Shown: positions 38,001 through 46,617, counted from the stretch's first letter. The stretch is 64,000 nt of DNA from Rikenellaceae bacterium (GCA_031551275.1 JAVBNX010000018.1:5501-69500); one strand, 5' to 3'. Notes: a model not told the origin generated them from the sequence alone. Program-made: numbers and translations.

Positions 38001-39577
38001 TGGACGGCACGATCCAGGTAAGGGACCTGCTCACGAGGGTTGACTTCACGGGGGTCGACTACACCGTGCCCCGGGCGACGGTCAACGTGGCCTCGGGAGT
38101 GCTGAAACTCCCGCCCACGGCCTTCCAGGACAAGAACGGCAACAAGGGCACGCTGGAGATGAACCTCAATTTGCAGCGCCTCAAAAACATAACCTACTCG
38201 GTAACCGCCCGCCCGCAGAATATGCTGGTGCTCAACACCACCCAACGCGACAACGACCTGTTCTACGGGGAAGTCTACGGCTCGGGTACGATGAACATCG
38301 AGGGCAACAAGCGGGGGGTCAGTATGAAAATCAACGCCACCACGGGCGAGAACTCGCGCTTTTTCATGCCTTTGACGGGCAAGAGCGACATCTCGGAGGC
38401 GGACTTCATTACCTTCCGGGTCCCCGAGGTAAAGGTCGACCCCGACGACGAGGTCCTGCGCCGCAAGCTCGCCTTCGAACGCAAGGCCCGGCGGGTGGAG
38501 AGCGGGCAGGGGGTGGCGATGGATATTGCTATGGCTTTGAACGTCAGGCCCAACACCGACTTCCAACTGGTCATCGATCCCAAGGTGGGGGACATCATCC
38601 GGGGGAGGGGCAACGGCACGATCAATCTGCACCTCAACCCGAGGAACGGCGAGCTGAGCATGTACGGCGACTACCAGATTACCGAGGGGAACTACCTTTT
38701 TACCTTGCAGAACATCATCAACAAACGCTTCGTGATCGAGCCGGGCAGCGTGATCCGGTGGATGGGCGAGGCGACCGACCCGATGTTGGATATCGAGGCC
38801 GTCTACAACGTGAAGACCTCGCTCACGCCTTTGGCCCCGCAGCTCTCGCAGAGTTCGCGCCGCAGCGCGACGGTCGAGTGCGTCATCAATCTGGAAGACA
38901 GGCTCTCCCACCCGGCGATCACCTTCGACGTGAGGGTCCCCGGCGCCGATCCCGAGACGCAGAGCATCGTGGCCAACGCGCTGAACACCCAGGAGATGAA
39001 GGCCACCCAATTCTTCTGGCTGCTGGCCGCCAACAGTTTTTACATGGAGACCTCCTCTTCGATGTCGGGCATGGCCGCGACGGGGGCTTCGGCCACGGGG
39101 CTGGAATTTTTATCCAACCAATTGAGCAACTGGATGTCGTCGGATAAATACAGTTTCGATTTGCGCTACCGCCCCAAGAGCGAGTTGACCCCCGACGAGA
39201 TCGACTTTTACTTCTCGAGCGAACTGATCCGCAACCGCTTGATCATCGAGGTGGAGGGCAACTACGACCTGGGCGACGACCCCTCCAAGGTCTCCTCCCA
39301 CGCGGTCAACTCCATTCCCGGCGACTTTACCGCTACCTGGCTGATCGACCGCCAGGGCAACCTGCGCGCCAAGGGTTTTACCCGCACCATCGAGAGCTTC
39401 GACGAAAACCAGGGATTGCGGGAAAGCGGCGTGGGCTTGTATTATAAAGAGGATTTTAATACCTTTGGCGACATTATTACCAACTTTAAAGAGCGATTCA
39501 AAAGCAAGAAACGCAAGGCCGCAGAGGCCGCGGTCCGGCAGGCCGAGAGTGAGAAACCGGAAAAATCAGAAAAATAA
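35054..39577 (+). CDS. translocation and assembly module TamB-like protein (DUF490 C-terminus)
   Basis: 1507 aa with a GTG start and an N-terminal TM anchor. Long beta-rich body. The C-terminal region (...FDLRYRPKSELTPDEIDFYFSSELIRNRLIIEVEGN) is typical of TamB. Confidence 0.8.
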   Translation: MRKVIKISVKVVLGVVLVSVLLPVVLGGALLIPWVQNLAVDAAARWASKKLETKVEVGHIRIHPRGTVTLSGFYVEDFRGDTLLYAPKLDAALAPMGIGGGGIRFREIGLDSAKLYLFSPDEGEMNMVRIIRRISGKKEKKDKPFAIAAKKVDISRMTFRMQKQTIRERAGFNAEDIEFTDIDLDVEDFGVVGDSIFMQIKGVTAKEKGGLDVQSFRARHFSIASRSMRFNSVEFTSPGTAVSLPRLDFLYESWKSYAEFLTDVRMEAESDLSKVDFSTIALFAPAMQGNKLVVDRFTGSVQGPVAALSGQIAECVAGETSLKGSFTSRGLPDIARTRFHIDIAQLQTTAQDAKRIAGEFTRGKAAEWNLPDPGPLALTGMFDGTLADFSSELLAASPRGDLDAQVASRMENGSRILSGRATATDLDLRMLFDNPRMGRATLSASGEAALSQGRFAAKGKAEVARLRYNNYTYHSLIAAGTYAEGRFKGDVSSSDPNLDFDGYAELELGAATPDYLLDLRLHNADLAKLHLNKRDSISLLSCRLHGHASGHDLNDLNGEIFIDDLLYVNPVDSVRAGEIRFDAVNNEQIKSLVMDAPFARAEYHSTADYSYMSEFFRRTVASYLPALQNGGRKAQRAAPLPQNAPDSYTLLKVNVLEANNVAGIFMPGLEVARNSNLTLLFNPRSDKFSVSLQSDYLEQGPFLASGIQLDSRNEGDSISLYLRTDDLYAMGMHTPEFSLLGGLKYNRIDLGARFRNTPTSSPSLISVGAEFERDTVTGAPRARIRVAPSTVYTGERSWRILSREIVCDTSRVEVQSFRVISQGQELSVNGVASRSKADTLHIKLNHFDISPFGRFTERMGYTLNGYTGGYADIVSLFGGASLYAEVNLDEVAVNQVKAPPMLFRSTWDFANERARMTLTGRERGDTIIRGYYRPAERRLLAYATLKNIDLALLDPLLEDVTGRTTGRADADLTARGSFSNLDVDGTIQVRDLLTRVDFTGVDYTVPRATVNVASGVLKLPPTAFQDKNGNKGTLEMNLNLQRLKNITYSVTARPQNMLVLNTTQRDNDLFYGEVYGSGTMNIEGNKRGVSMKINATTGENSRFFMPLTGKSDISEADFITFRVPEVKVDPDDEVLRRKLAFERKARRVESGQGVAMDIAMALNVRPNTDFQLVIDPKVGDIIRGRGNGTINLHLNPRNGELSMYGDYQITEGNYLFTLQNIINKRFVIEPGSVIRWMGEATDPMLDIEAVYNVKTSLTPLAPQLSQSSRRSATVECVINLEDRLSHPAITFDVRVPGADPETQSIVANALNTQEMKATQFFWLLAANSFYMETSSSMSGMAATGASATGLEFLSNQLSNWMSSDKYSFDLRYRPKSELTPDEIDFYFSSELIRNRLIIEVEGNYDLGDDPSKVSSHAVNSIPGDFTATWLIDRQGNLRAKGFTRTIESFDENQGLRESGVGLYYKEDFNTFGDIITNFKERFKSKKRKAAEAAVRQAESEKPEKSEK

Positions 39578-39589
39578 TACGTTAAGAAA

Positions 39590-40264
39590 ATGAGCATGCT
39601 TCTTCAGGCAATCGAGACGGGGGCTGAGGCGCCCGAAAAAGTAATGGGTTTAGGCGAACTGGTCGTAGCGGGCGGATGGTTGATGATCCCTTTGATCCTG
39701 CTGGCCGGAGCCACGGTCTGGATCTTTGTGGAGCGCTACCTGGCCATCCGCCGCGCCTCTGTGGTCGACATGAACTTTATGAACCGCATCCGGGACTACA
39801 TCTCCGAGGGCAGGGTGGAAGCCGCCCTGGACCTGTGCCGGAGCACCGACACGCCCATCTCGCGCATGATAACCAAGGGGATCGAGCGGATCGGCAGGCC
39901 CATGACCGACGTGCAGCACGCCATCGAGAACGTGGCCAACCTGGAGGTCTCCCGCCTGGAGAGCGGCCTTCCCTTTCTGGCGACCATCGCCGGGGGCGCG
40001 CCCATGATCGGCTTTTTGGGTACGGTCGTGGGGATGGTCCAGGCCTTTATGGACCTCTCGCTGGCTGAGGGCGGGATCAACATGGCGCTGCTCTCCAAGG
40101 GGATGTACGTGGCCATGATCACCACCGTAGGCGGTCTTCTGGTGGGTATCCCCGCCTACTTCGGTTACAACTACCTGGTGGCGCGGATCGAAAAGCTGGT
40201 CTTCCAGATGGAGGCCAACTCGATCGCCTTTATGGATATCCTGAACCAACCCGCACAAAAGTAG
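39590..40264 (+). CDS. exbB: MotA/TolQ/ExbB proton-channel protein
   Basis: 224 aa with three TM segments and the conserved segment LATIAGGAPMIGFLGTVVGM. Confidence 0.85.
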   Translation: MSMLLQAIETGAEAPEKVMGLGELVVAGGWLMIPLILLAGATVWIFVERYLAIRRASVVDMNFMNRIRDYISEGRVEAALDLCRSTDTPISRMITKGIERIGRPMTDVQHAIENVANLEVSRLESGLPFLATIAGGAPMIGFLGTVVGMVQAFMDLSLAEGGINMALLSKGMYVAMITTVGGLLVGIPAYFGYNYLVARIEKLVFQMEANSIAFMDILNQPAQK

Positions 40265-40270
40265 ACGGCT

Positions 40271-40666
40271 ATGGCAATCAAACGCGGATCGAAAGTCGAG
40301 GTGTCGTTCAGCGCGGCATCGATGACGGACATGATCTTCCTGCTTTTGCTCTTCCTGATGATCGCCACCACGATGATCGGCCCCAACAACGCCCTGAAGC
40401 TGTTGTTGCCCAAGAGCGCGAACCAACTCAAGGACAAGCCCTACACCACCGTCTCGATCACCGAGGAGTTGCAATACTACGTCGAACTGACCCCCGTGCC
40501 GTTCTCCCAGCTGGAGAGCGCCCTGAAGGCGAAACTTACCGACGCCGAGGACCCCACCGTCTCGCTGCACTGCGACAAGACCGTCCCGGTCGACGAGGTG
40601 GTCAAGGTGATGAACATCGCCAAGGACAACCACTACAAGTTGATACTGGCCACCACGCCGAATTAA
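40271..40666 (+). CDS. exbD: ExbD/TolR biopolymer transport protein
   Basis: 131 aa. SMTDMIFLLLLFLMI contains the TM segment with its conserved Asp. Confidence 0.85.
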   Translation: MAIKRGSKVEVSFSAASMTDMIFLLLLFLMIATTMIGPNNALKLLLPKSANQLKDKPYTTVSITEELQYYVELTPVPFSQLESALKAKLTDAEDPTVSLHCDKTVPVDEVVKVMNIAKDNHYKLILATTPN

Positions 40667-40711
40667 TCTGCGGACTCCCTGGCGGGACGGGCGGGAGCAC
40701 CTTATAAAAAC

Positions 40712-40747
40712 TCCCTCCCCTACGGTCAGGGGAGGGACGGGGAGGGG
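40712..40747 (+). other. C-rich/G-rich hairpin overlapping a G-quadruplex-type motif in the exbD-tonB spacer
   Basis: tccctcccct/acggtc/aggggaggga is a perfect 10-bp stem at 40712-40737. The runs GGGG A GGG AC GGGG A GGGG at 40729-40747 satisfy the G3+N1-7 x4 pattern. Confidence 0.5.
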
Positions 40748-40791
40748 TAATCGAGAGACAATGTTCCGGCCGACACGACAAAACAACGTAG

Positions 40792-41589
40792 ATGTACTTA
40801 TATAAGGAACAGGAAGGGAAGAAAGACAAGTGGATCGCCTCGGCGGCGACCCTCGCCTACGTTTTGCTGTGGGTCGTGCTGATCCTGACCGTGAGTTTTA
40901 CCTTTCCCGAGCAGCAGGAGCCCGACCAGGGCATCATGATCAACTTCGGGGACACCGATTCCGCCTCGGGGGATATGGACCCCAACGTGGCGGAGAATGC
41001 CGGGGCGCCCTCCCAGCCCGACGCCTCCTCTGGCGAGCAGGATATCCTCACGCAGGAGCATGAGCCTGCGCCCGTTGTGGCCCCCGCCGTTCGCCCCGCG
41101 CAGAACAACACGCAGCAGCGCCCCTCGCAAAATACCACGGCGACCACCCCGGCGCAACCTACCCAACAGGTCAACCCGGCCGCCCTTTTCCCCGGCGCGA
41201 CCCAGGGCAGTACCTCGGCTTCAGAGGGGACGGGAACAGGTGCCGGCAACCAGGGCAACCTGGCAGGCAGCCCCACGGGCAGCCACGCCGGCACGGGAAC
41301 GGGCGATTCGGGCGTGAGTTTCAATTTGAGTGGCCGCCAGCCCGTCGGGACGCTCCAACGCCCCGTCTATACCGAAAACCAGCGGGGTACCTATAAAGTG
41401 ATCGTCAGAATTATCGTCAACCCTGACGGAAAGGTCACTTCGGCCTCCTACCAGCCGACCGGCTCGACCACCAACGACTCCGCGTTTGTCAACGCCGCGC
41501 TCAGTGCGGCACGAAAATCGCAGTTCAGCGTCTCGGAGGCCGCCAACGACCAGACGGGGACTATCACATACGTTTTCAATATACGCTAA
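40792..41589 (+). CDS. tonB: TonB-family energy transducer
   Basis: 265 aa. N-terminal TM anchor, Pro/Gln-rich linker, C-terminal TonB_C-like module (YKVIVRIIVNPDGKVTSASY...ALSAARKSQF). Position after exbBD. Confidence 0.7.
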   Translation: MYLYKEQEGKKDKWIASAATLAYVLLWVVLILTVSFTFPEQQEPDQGIMINFGDTDSASGDMDPNVAENAGAPSQPDASSGEQDILTQEHEPAPVVAPAVRPAQNNTQQRPSQNTTATTPAQPTQQVNPAALFPGATQGSTSASEGTGTGAGNQGNLAGSPTGSHAGTGTGDSGVSFNLSGRQPVGTLQRPVYTENQRGTYKVIVRIIVNPDGKVTSASYQPTGSTTNDSAFVNAALSAARKSQFSVSEAANDQTGTITYVFNIR

Positions 41590-41957
41590 TGCGTTTCTTA
41601 CTGACCATACTGTTGCTCCTCTCCGGAGCCGTTTACGCCGCACCCGGCATCGAACTCTCCGAGCGCACCTGGGATTTCGGCCGGATCAGCGCCAAGGGCG
41701 GTAAGGTCAAGAAGGAGATTACCGTGACCAACACGGGCGACTCGCCGCTTTTGATCCAGTCGGTCGAGGTGGCCTGCACCTGCACCAAAGTGGAGTATCC
41801 CAAACAACCCATCCTGCCCGGAGCGAGCGCGACGATCTTGATCACGGTCAACCCGAGGGGACAGCAGGGCAGCTTTATCCGGACGGTCAATATATTCAAT
41901 AACTCCGGGGATTTCAGGCAGATCGTGGTAATAAAGGGCACAATAACAGTACGATGA
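41589..41957 (+). CDS. DUF1573 domain protein (secreted Ig-like)
   Basis: 122 aa with a signal peptide. WDFGRI...VTNTGDSPLLIQSVEVACTCT is the DUF1573 signature. The start overlaps the tonB stop by 1 nt. Confidence 0.8.
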   Translation: MRFLLTILLLLSGAVYAAPGIELSERTWDFGRISAKGGKVKKEITVTNTGDSPLLIQSVEVACTCTKVEYPKQPILPGASATILITVNPRGQQGSFIRTVNIFNNSGDFRQIVVIKGTITVR

Positions 41958-43270
41958 TGGATATCCTGTTGCAAAATATAACGGTGCTCCCGATGACCGC
42001 CTCGATGGGAGGCCCGCAATTCTTTACCGGAAGCGTGGGCATCTCCGGCGGTAAGATCGCCTTCGCCTCCCCGGATCGGGAGGCCGCCGACGACTTTCTG
42101 ACCACCCGCCCCGCCGCCCGGGTAATCGACGGCCGCGGCAAGATCGTCATGCCGGGCCTGATCAACACCCATTGCCATACCCCGATGGTTTTGATGCGGG
42201 GCTACGCCGACGACATCTCGCTGATGAGCTGGTTGAACGACCGGGTGTGGCCCTTCGAGGCGAAACTCACGGGCGACGACATCGCCCTGGGCACCGAGCT
42301 GGGCATCAGCGAAATGCTGCTGGGCGGGACGACCTGCTTCGTGGATATGTACTGGAAGGAGAACCTGAGCGCGCAGGTGGCCGCCCGCCGGGGCATCCGC
42401 GCCCTGCCCGGGGCCACGTTCTTCGACTCCTATTTCGACCAATTTTTGACCGAACTGGACGAGTTGGTAAAATTTTCCCGCACGCCCGAGTCCAAGGGCC
42501 TGATTACCCCCATGATAGCGCCCCACGCGCCGTACAGCTGCTCGGCCGAACACATCCGCCGCGCGATGGAGTTGTGCGACGAGTACGGTTTGGGTGCAAT
42601 GGTCCACCTGGCCGAGACCCTGGACGAGGCCGTGCAGATGAAGGAGCGTTACAACTGCACCCCGGCCGAGTATCTGGAGAGCGCGGGGATGTTCGACCGC
42701 AAGACGCTGGCCGTGCATTGCGTCCATCTGAGCGACGGGGATATGGATATCCTGGCGCGCAACGACATCCCGGTCGCCCACAACCCGCAGAGCAACATGA
42801 AGCTGGCGAGCGGCATAGCCCCCGTGGCCCGGATGATGGAAAAGGGGATCAAAGTCTGCATCGGGACCGACGGAGCCTGCTCGAACAACGACTTGGACAT
42901 GTGGGACGAGATGCGCACCGCATCCTTCCTGGCCAAGGTCTCGACCATGGACCCGTGCGCGTTGCCCGCCTACAAGGTCCTCGAGATGGCGACCTGCGAC
43001 GCCGCCCACGCCATCGGCCTGGGGGACAAGGTCGGCAGGATCAAACCCGGCATGAGGGCCGACGTGATCGTGATCGACGCCGACAAACCCCACCTCACCC
43101 CCCAGCACGACCCGATCGCCAACCTGGTCTACGCGGGCCACGCCTCGGACGTGCACACGGTAATCGTCGACGGCAGGATCCTGGTCGAGAACGGCCGCCT
43201 TTTGAACGACCAGACCCCGGTCATTATGGAATCCGTGCGCCGCAGGGCCGCGAAATTGGCCCGGAGTTAA
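41954..43270 (+). CDS. amidohydrolase, MtaD/SsnA-like nucleoside deaminase family
   Basis: 438 aa. Metal-binding PGLINTHCH and later HLAET and GTDG motifs. ATGA overlap with the preceding gene. Confidence 0.8.
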   Translation: MMDILLQNITVLPMTASMGGPQFFTGSVGISGGKIAFASPDREAADDFLTTRPAARVIDGRGKIVMPGLINTHCHTPMVLMRGYADDISLMSWLNDRVWPFEAKLTGDDIALGTELGISEMLLGGTTCFVDMYWKENLSAQVAARRGIRALPGATFFDSYFDQFLTELDELVKFSRTPESKGLITPMIAPHAPYSCSAEHIRRAMELCDEYGLGAMVHLAETLDEAVQMKERYNCTPAEYLESAGMFDRKTLAVHCVHLSDGDMDILARNDIPVAHNPQSNMKLASGIAPVARMMEKGIKVCIGTDGACSNNDLDMWDEMRTASFLAKVSTMDPCALPAYKVLEMATCDAAHAIGLGDKVGRIKPGMRADVIVIDADKPHLTPQHDPIANLVYAGHASDVHTVIVDGRILVENGRLLNDQTPVIMESVRRRAAKLARS

Positions 43271-43282
43271 CCCCGCTTGCCG

Positions 43283-44215
43283 ATGGAACTCTCCCTTGTC
43301 ATCGTAACCTACAACCGGGCTGACAGCCTGAAAAACGCCCTGGAAAGCATCGCCGGGGTCTCTACGCCGCGTGATCAATTCGAGGTGGTAGTCGTCGACA
43401 ACCGTTGCACCGACCATACGCAGCAGGTTTGTGAAGAGTTCGCCCGAAGCCATCCCGAAATCGCCTTCCGCTGCGTGACCGAGCCGCAGCAGGGGGTCTC
43501 CCACGCCCGCAATAGGGGGGTGGCTGAGGCCCGCGGGGCGATCATCTCGATGGTCGACGACGACGAGACCGTCCCCGTGGATTTTATCGAAGTCTACCTC
43601 GACTTTTTCGCCTCCCACCCCGACGCGCTGGCCGCAGGCGGCAAAATGTTGCCCGTCTACGCCGTGGAGAGGCTTCCGAGGTGGTTCTCGCCCCTTTTCG
43701 ACCGCTCGATAGGCAGTAAGGTCGATCTGGGCGACAGGGACAGGCTCTTCCCCCAGTCGAGGTACCCGATGGGCGGGAATTACGCCGTCCGCAGGGAGGT
43801 TTTCGAGCGTTTCGGCACCTTCAGCCCCGACCTCGGCCGCAACGCCAAAAAAGTCATGGGGGGCGAGGAGAAAGATTTTTTCGACCGCATCCGCCGCGGG
43901 GGCGTACCGGTGTATTACCTGGCCGCCTCCTACGTGTGGCACCATATCCCCGCGTCGCGCGTCTCGAAAGAGTACACCCGCAGGCTCTTCCCTTTGATGG
44001 GCCAGAGCGAAAGGGTGCGCACCCTGAGCGTGTCGAAAGCAGCTTACGTGAAGCGCTGCCTGGCTGAAATATTCAAGTGGGGGGCTACGTGCGTATTGAT
44101 GCTCTGGTATTTGCTGACCCTGCGTCCCGCCAAGGGATGGGCCATCGTCGAGATGCGAACCGGGATCACGAAGGGTTTGCTTGGGCTTTCCGCTTACCTT
44201 TTTGTAAAAAATTGA
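43283..44215 (+). CDS. family 2 glycosyltransferase
   Basis: The ATG at 43283 gives MELSLVIVTYNRADSL. VVVDNRCTD and MVDDDE (DxD) are GT2 hallmarks. C-terminal TM helix. Confidence 0.8.
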   Translation: MELSLVIVTYNRADSLKNALESIAGVSTPRDQFEVVVVDNRCTDHTQQVCEEFARSHPEIAFRCVTEPQQGVSHARNRGVAEARGAIISMVDDDETVPVDFIEVYLDFFASHPDALAAGGKMLPVYAVERLPRWFSPLFDRSIGSKVDLGDRDRLFPQSRYPMGGNYAVRREVFERFGTFSPDLGRNAKKVMGGEEKDFFDRIRRGGVPVYYLAASYVWHHIPASRVSKEYTRRLFPLMGQSERVRTLSVSKAAYVKRCLAEIFKWGATCVLMLWYLLTLRPAKGWAIVEMRTGITKGLLGLSAYLFVKN

Positions 44216-44226
44216 TTACCAGAGAG

Positions 44227-44244
44227 TTGCAAAATATTTTGCAA
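44227..44244. repeat. 18-nt perfect palindrome TTGCAAAATATTTTGCAA
   Basis: Read directly from the sequence, 12 nt after the GT2 stop, inside a 390-bp AT-rich spacer. It has imperfect flanking extension (agagag.../...atactct). Confidence 0.8.
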
Positions 44245-44564
44245 TACTCTTTTATTTTCATAAATATCGCTGAATCAGCTATTTGCGATTACGGGGCGGC
44301 AAGAACAGTATTATTCAAGTAACCAAATCGTGACCATTTTTGGTTATTTAATGTTTGGACAGAGGAAAAGATTCTAGTTCCACCTCCTAAAGATTCTATC
44401 GCATTTTCTGGTCTGAAAGGCCAAATGAACAATTACATATTAAAGTTTTCGGATTCTCCGGTGGGCATAGGAAGCTAAGGGGGTTTTTGATAAAATATCT
44501 TCAAATCAACCGTTAGAGGGGCCAATCATGACGATAAGTACACTTTTAGTACACCTTGATAAAC

Positions 44565-44604
44565 GGATAACGCCTGATAATCGACAGATTATCAGGCGTT
44601 ATCC
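44565..44604 (-). terminator. 18-bp perfect hairpin abutting the 3' end of tRNA-Leu
   Basis: ggataacgcctgataatc/gaca/gattatcaggcgttatcc. It lies one nucleotide from the tRNA discriminator base. Confidence 0.55.
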
Positions 44605-44605
44605 G

Positions 44606-44690
44606 TACTCGGAACGGGAATCGAACCCGTACGGCCGCTATGGCCACAGGATTTTAAGTCCGGCGTGTCTACCAATTCCACCATCCGAGC
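44606..44690 (-). tRNA. tRNA-Leu (anticodon TAA)
   Basis: The reverse complement GCTCGGATGGTGGAATTGGTAGACACGCCGGACTTAAAATCCTGTGGCCATAGCGGCCGTACGGGTTCGATTCCCGTTCCGAGTA has D-loop GGAATTGGTAGAC, anticodon loop CTTAAAA, a long variable arm and T-loop GGTTCGATTCC. It also has a G1-U72 wobble and a C-U mismatch in the anticodon stem. Confidence 0.7.
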
Positions 44691-44700
44691 AATCCGGGGG

Positions 44701-44708
44701 CAAAGATA
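44701..44708 (-). promoter_or_regulatory. candidate TAnnTTTG box for tRNA-Leu (second copy at 44744-44751)
   Basis: The minus strand reads TATCTTTG 10 nt upstream of the mature tRNA 5' end. An identical TATCTTTG lies 43 nt further upstream. Confidence 0.35.
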
Positions 44709-44862
44709 GTGAAAGCAGCGCGCAATCCTATCTTCGCGGGACGCAAAGATACAAAAAAGCCAAGCGCAATTTCCAAGTTCGGCGGGGAAATCGCCCGGGA
44801 TTTCAAACCGCTTTGTAATAAGGTGCGAATAAAAAAGCCACTTTCTTGAAAATTTTTGCGGA

Positions 44863-44897
44863 TATTTTTGCGGATTAAGAATTAATACGTATTTTTG
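44863..44897 (+). promoter_or_regulatory. tandem candidate TAnnTTTG boxes for the tRNA-Thr-Tyr-Gly-tuf operon
   Basis: TATTTTTG occurs at 44863-44870 and again at 44890-44897, within repeated atttttgcgg/atttttgcc units. The proximal box is 35 nt upstream of tRNA-Thr. Confidence 0.4.
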
Positions 44898-44931
44898 CCA
44901 ACCCAAAATGAGGGGAAAACTGACAGCGAAT

Positions 44932-45005
44932 GCCGATGTAGCTCAGTTGGCCAGAGCAGCTGATTTGTAATCAGCTGGTCGGGGGTTCGAATCCCTCCAT
45001 CGGCT
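44932..45005 (+). tRNA. tRNA-Thr (anticodon TGT)
   Basis: GCCGATGTAGCTCAGTTGG...GCTGATTTGTAATCAGC...GGTTCGAATCC...CATCGGCT. The cloverleaf was checked by hand; 74 nt. Confidence 0.9.
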
Positions 45006-45039
45006 CGGGAAAGTAACAAAGTGTTCTGAAATAAGTTTA

Positions 45040-45121
45040 GGGAGAGTTCCAGAGTGGCCAAATGGGGCAGACTGTAAATCTGTTAGCGTAGCTTTCGGTG
45101 GTTCGAATCCATCCTCTCCCA
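45040..45121 (+). tRNA. tRNA-Tyr (anticodon GTA)
   Basis: GGGAGAGTTCCAGAGTGGCCAAATGG...GCAGACTGTAAATCTGT, a long variable arm, and GGTTCGAATCC...CTCTCCCA. Confidence 0.9.
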
Positions 45122-45142
45122 CGCATTGAAAAACGCAGGCAG

Positions 45143-45215
45143 GCGGAAGTAGCTCAGTTGGTAGAGCATTAGCCTTCCAAGCTAAGGGTCGCGAGTTCGA
45201 ACCTCGTCTTCCGCT
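45143..45215 (+). tRNA. tRNA-Gly (anticodon TCC)
   Basis: GCGGAAGTAGCTCAGTTGGTAGAGC...TTAGCCTTCCAAGCTAA...GAGTTCGAACCTC...CTTCCGCT. Confidence 0.9.
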
Positions 45216-45374
45216 CAAAACCCCCTGCAAGAGCAACACAAGAGAAGTACGCCCTGTGGCGAACGACTATAAGTTAGTGAAAATCAGGGAGTTCCCTATA
45301 TAAAGGGGGCTTCATTTTTGCGTTGAACAGAAACAAAACCGGAAAGCGACAACAAACTTAAATAACTTTTACTC

Positions 45375-46571
45375 ATGGCAAAAGAAAAATTTGACAGGTC
45401 CAAACCGCACGTGAACATCGGTACCATCGGTCACGTTGACCACGGCAAAACCACCCTGACCGCAGCCATTACCACCGTACTGGCCAAGAAAGGTCTCTCC
45501 GAGTTGCGCTCGTTCGACTCGATCGACAACGCTCCCGAGGAGAAAGAGCGTGGTATTACCATCAACACCTCGCACGTCGAGTATTCGACCGCCAACCGCC
45601 ACTACGCGCACGTTGACTGCCCGGGTCACGCCGACTACGTGAAGAACATGGTTACGGGTGCCGCCCAGATGGACGGTGCGATCATCGTGGTTGCCGCCAC
45701 CGACGGTCCCATGCCCCAAACCCGTGAGCACATCCTGCTCGCACGCCAGGTAAACGTTCCCCGTATCGTCGTGTTCCTCAACAAGGTCGACATGGTGGAT
45801 GACGAGGAGATGTTGGAACTGGTTGAGATGGAAGTTCGCGAGCTCTTGAGCTTCTACAACTTCGACGGCGACAACACCCCCGTTATCCGCGGTTCCGCAC
45901 TCGGTGCGCTGAACGGCGAAGCCAAGTGGGAAGACAAGGTGATGGAGCTGATGGACGCTGTTGACAGCTACATCCCCATTCCTCCCCGCGAAAACGAAAA
46001 ACCCTTCCTGATGCCCGTCGAGGACGTATTCTCGATCACCGGCCGCGGTACCGTTCTGACGGGCCGTATCGAAACCGGTGTGATCAAAGTGGGCGAGCCC
46101 GTTGAGATCGTAGGTCTGCAGGAGAAAGGCGTTAAGCCCATGACCTCGACCTGTACCGGCGTCGAAATGTTCCGCAAGCTGCTCGATTCCGGCGAGGCCG
46201 GCGACAACGTAGGTCTGCTGATGCGCGGTATCGACAAGAAGGACGTGAAGCGTGGTATGGTCGTTGCCAAACCCGGCTCGATTACCCCGCACACTGTGTT
46301 CGAGGCTGAGGTCTACATCCTCAAAAAAGAGGAAGGCGGCCGCCACACCCCGTTCCACAACAAATACCGTCCGCAGTTCTACCTGCGTACGCTGGACGTA
46401 ACCGGTGAGTGCGAATTGCCCGCAGGCGTGGATATGATCATGCCCGGCGACAACATCACCATTACCGTTACGCTGATCTACCCCGTAGCCCTGAACGTAG
46501 GTCTGCGCTTCGCGATCCGCGAAGGCGGCCGTACGGTAGGTGCAGGTCAGATCACCAAGATCGTCGAGTAG
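45375..46571 (+). CDS. tuf: elongation factor Tu
   Basis: [33 protein letters not shown]..., [12 protein letters not shown]. Confidence 0.98.
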   Translation: MAKEKFDRSKPHVNIGTIGHVDHGKTTLTAAITTVLAKKGLSELRSFDSIDNAPEEKERGITINTSHVEYSTANRHYAHVDCPGHADYVKNMVTGAAQMDGAIIVVAATDGPMPQTREHILLARQVNVPRIVVFLNKVDMVDDEEMLELVEMEVRELLSFYNFDGDNTPVIRGSALGALNGEAKWEDKVMELMDAVDSYIPIPPRENEKPFLMPVEDVFSITGRGTVLTGRIETGVIKVGEPVEIVGLQEKGVKPMTSTCTGVEMFRKLLDSGEAGDNVGLLMRGIDKKDVKRGMVVAKPGSITPHTVFEAEVYILKKEEGGRHTPFHNKYRPQFYLRTLDVTGECELPAGVDMIMPGDNITITVTLIYPVALNVGLRFAIREGGRTVGAGQITKIVE

Positions 46572-46617
46572 CAATACTCAAATCCCGCAACGGTCCCCGG
46601 ACCGTGCGCGCGGGGGG

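Noticed and set aside
39590-44215. exbB-exbD-tonB-DUF1573-amidohydrolase-GT2 as a possible novel functional module, given the 1-nt and 4-nt start/stop overlaps at 41589 and 41954.
   Set aside because: Tight packing is common in this genome. The downstream genes have unrelated housekeeping-type annotations and no shared pathway logic I can support, so this is probably operonic convenience. It would need co-occurrence statistics before being called a system.
44216-44690. Integrated mobile element at tRNA-Leu.
   Set aside because: No integrase, excisionase or transposase ORF is present, and I saw no direct repeat of the tRNA 3' end. Only the AT-rich spacer remains, so this is reported as a low-confidence scar hypothesis rather than as a mobile element.
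44528-45239. Small ORFs (96, 104 and 98 aa) across the tRNA cluster, and ORF 46547-46810 over tRNA-Trp.
   Set aside because: They are made of tRNA gene sequence and spacers. The tRNA cloverleaves explain the sequence conservation, and there are no coding features.
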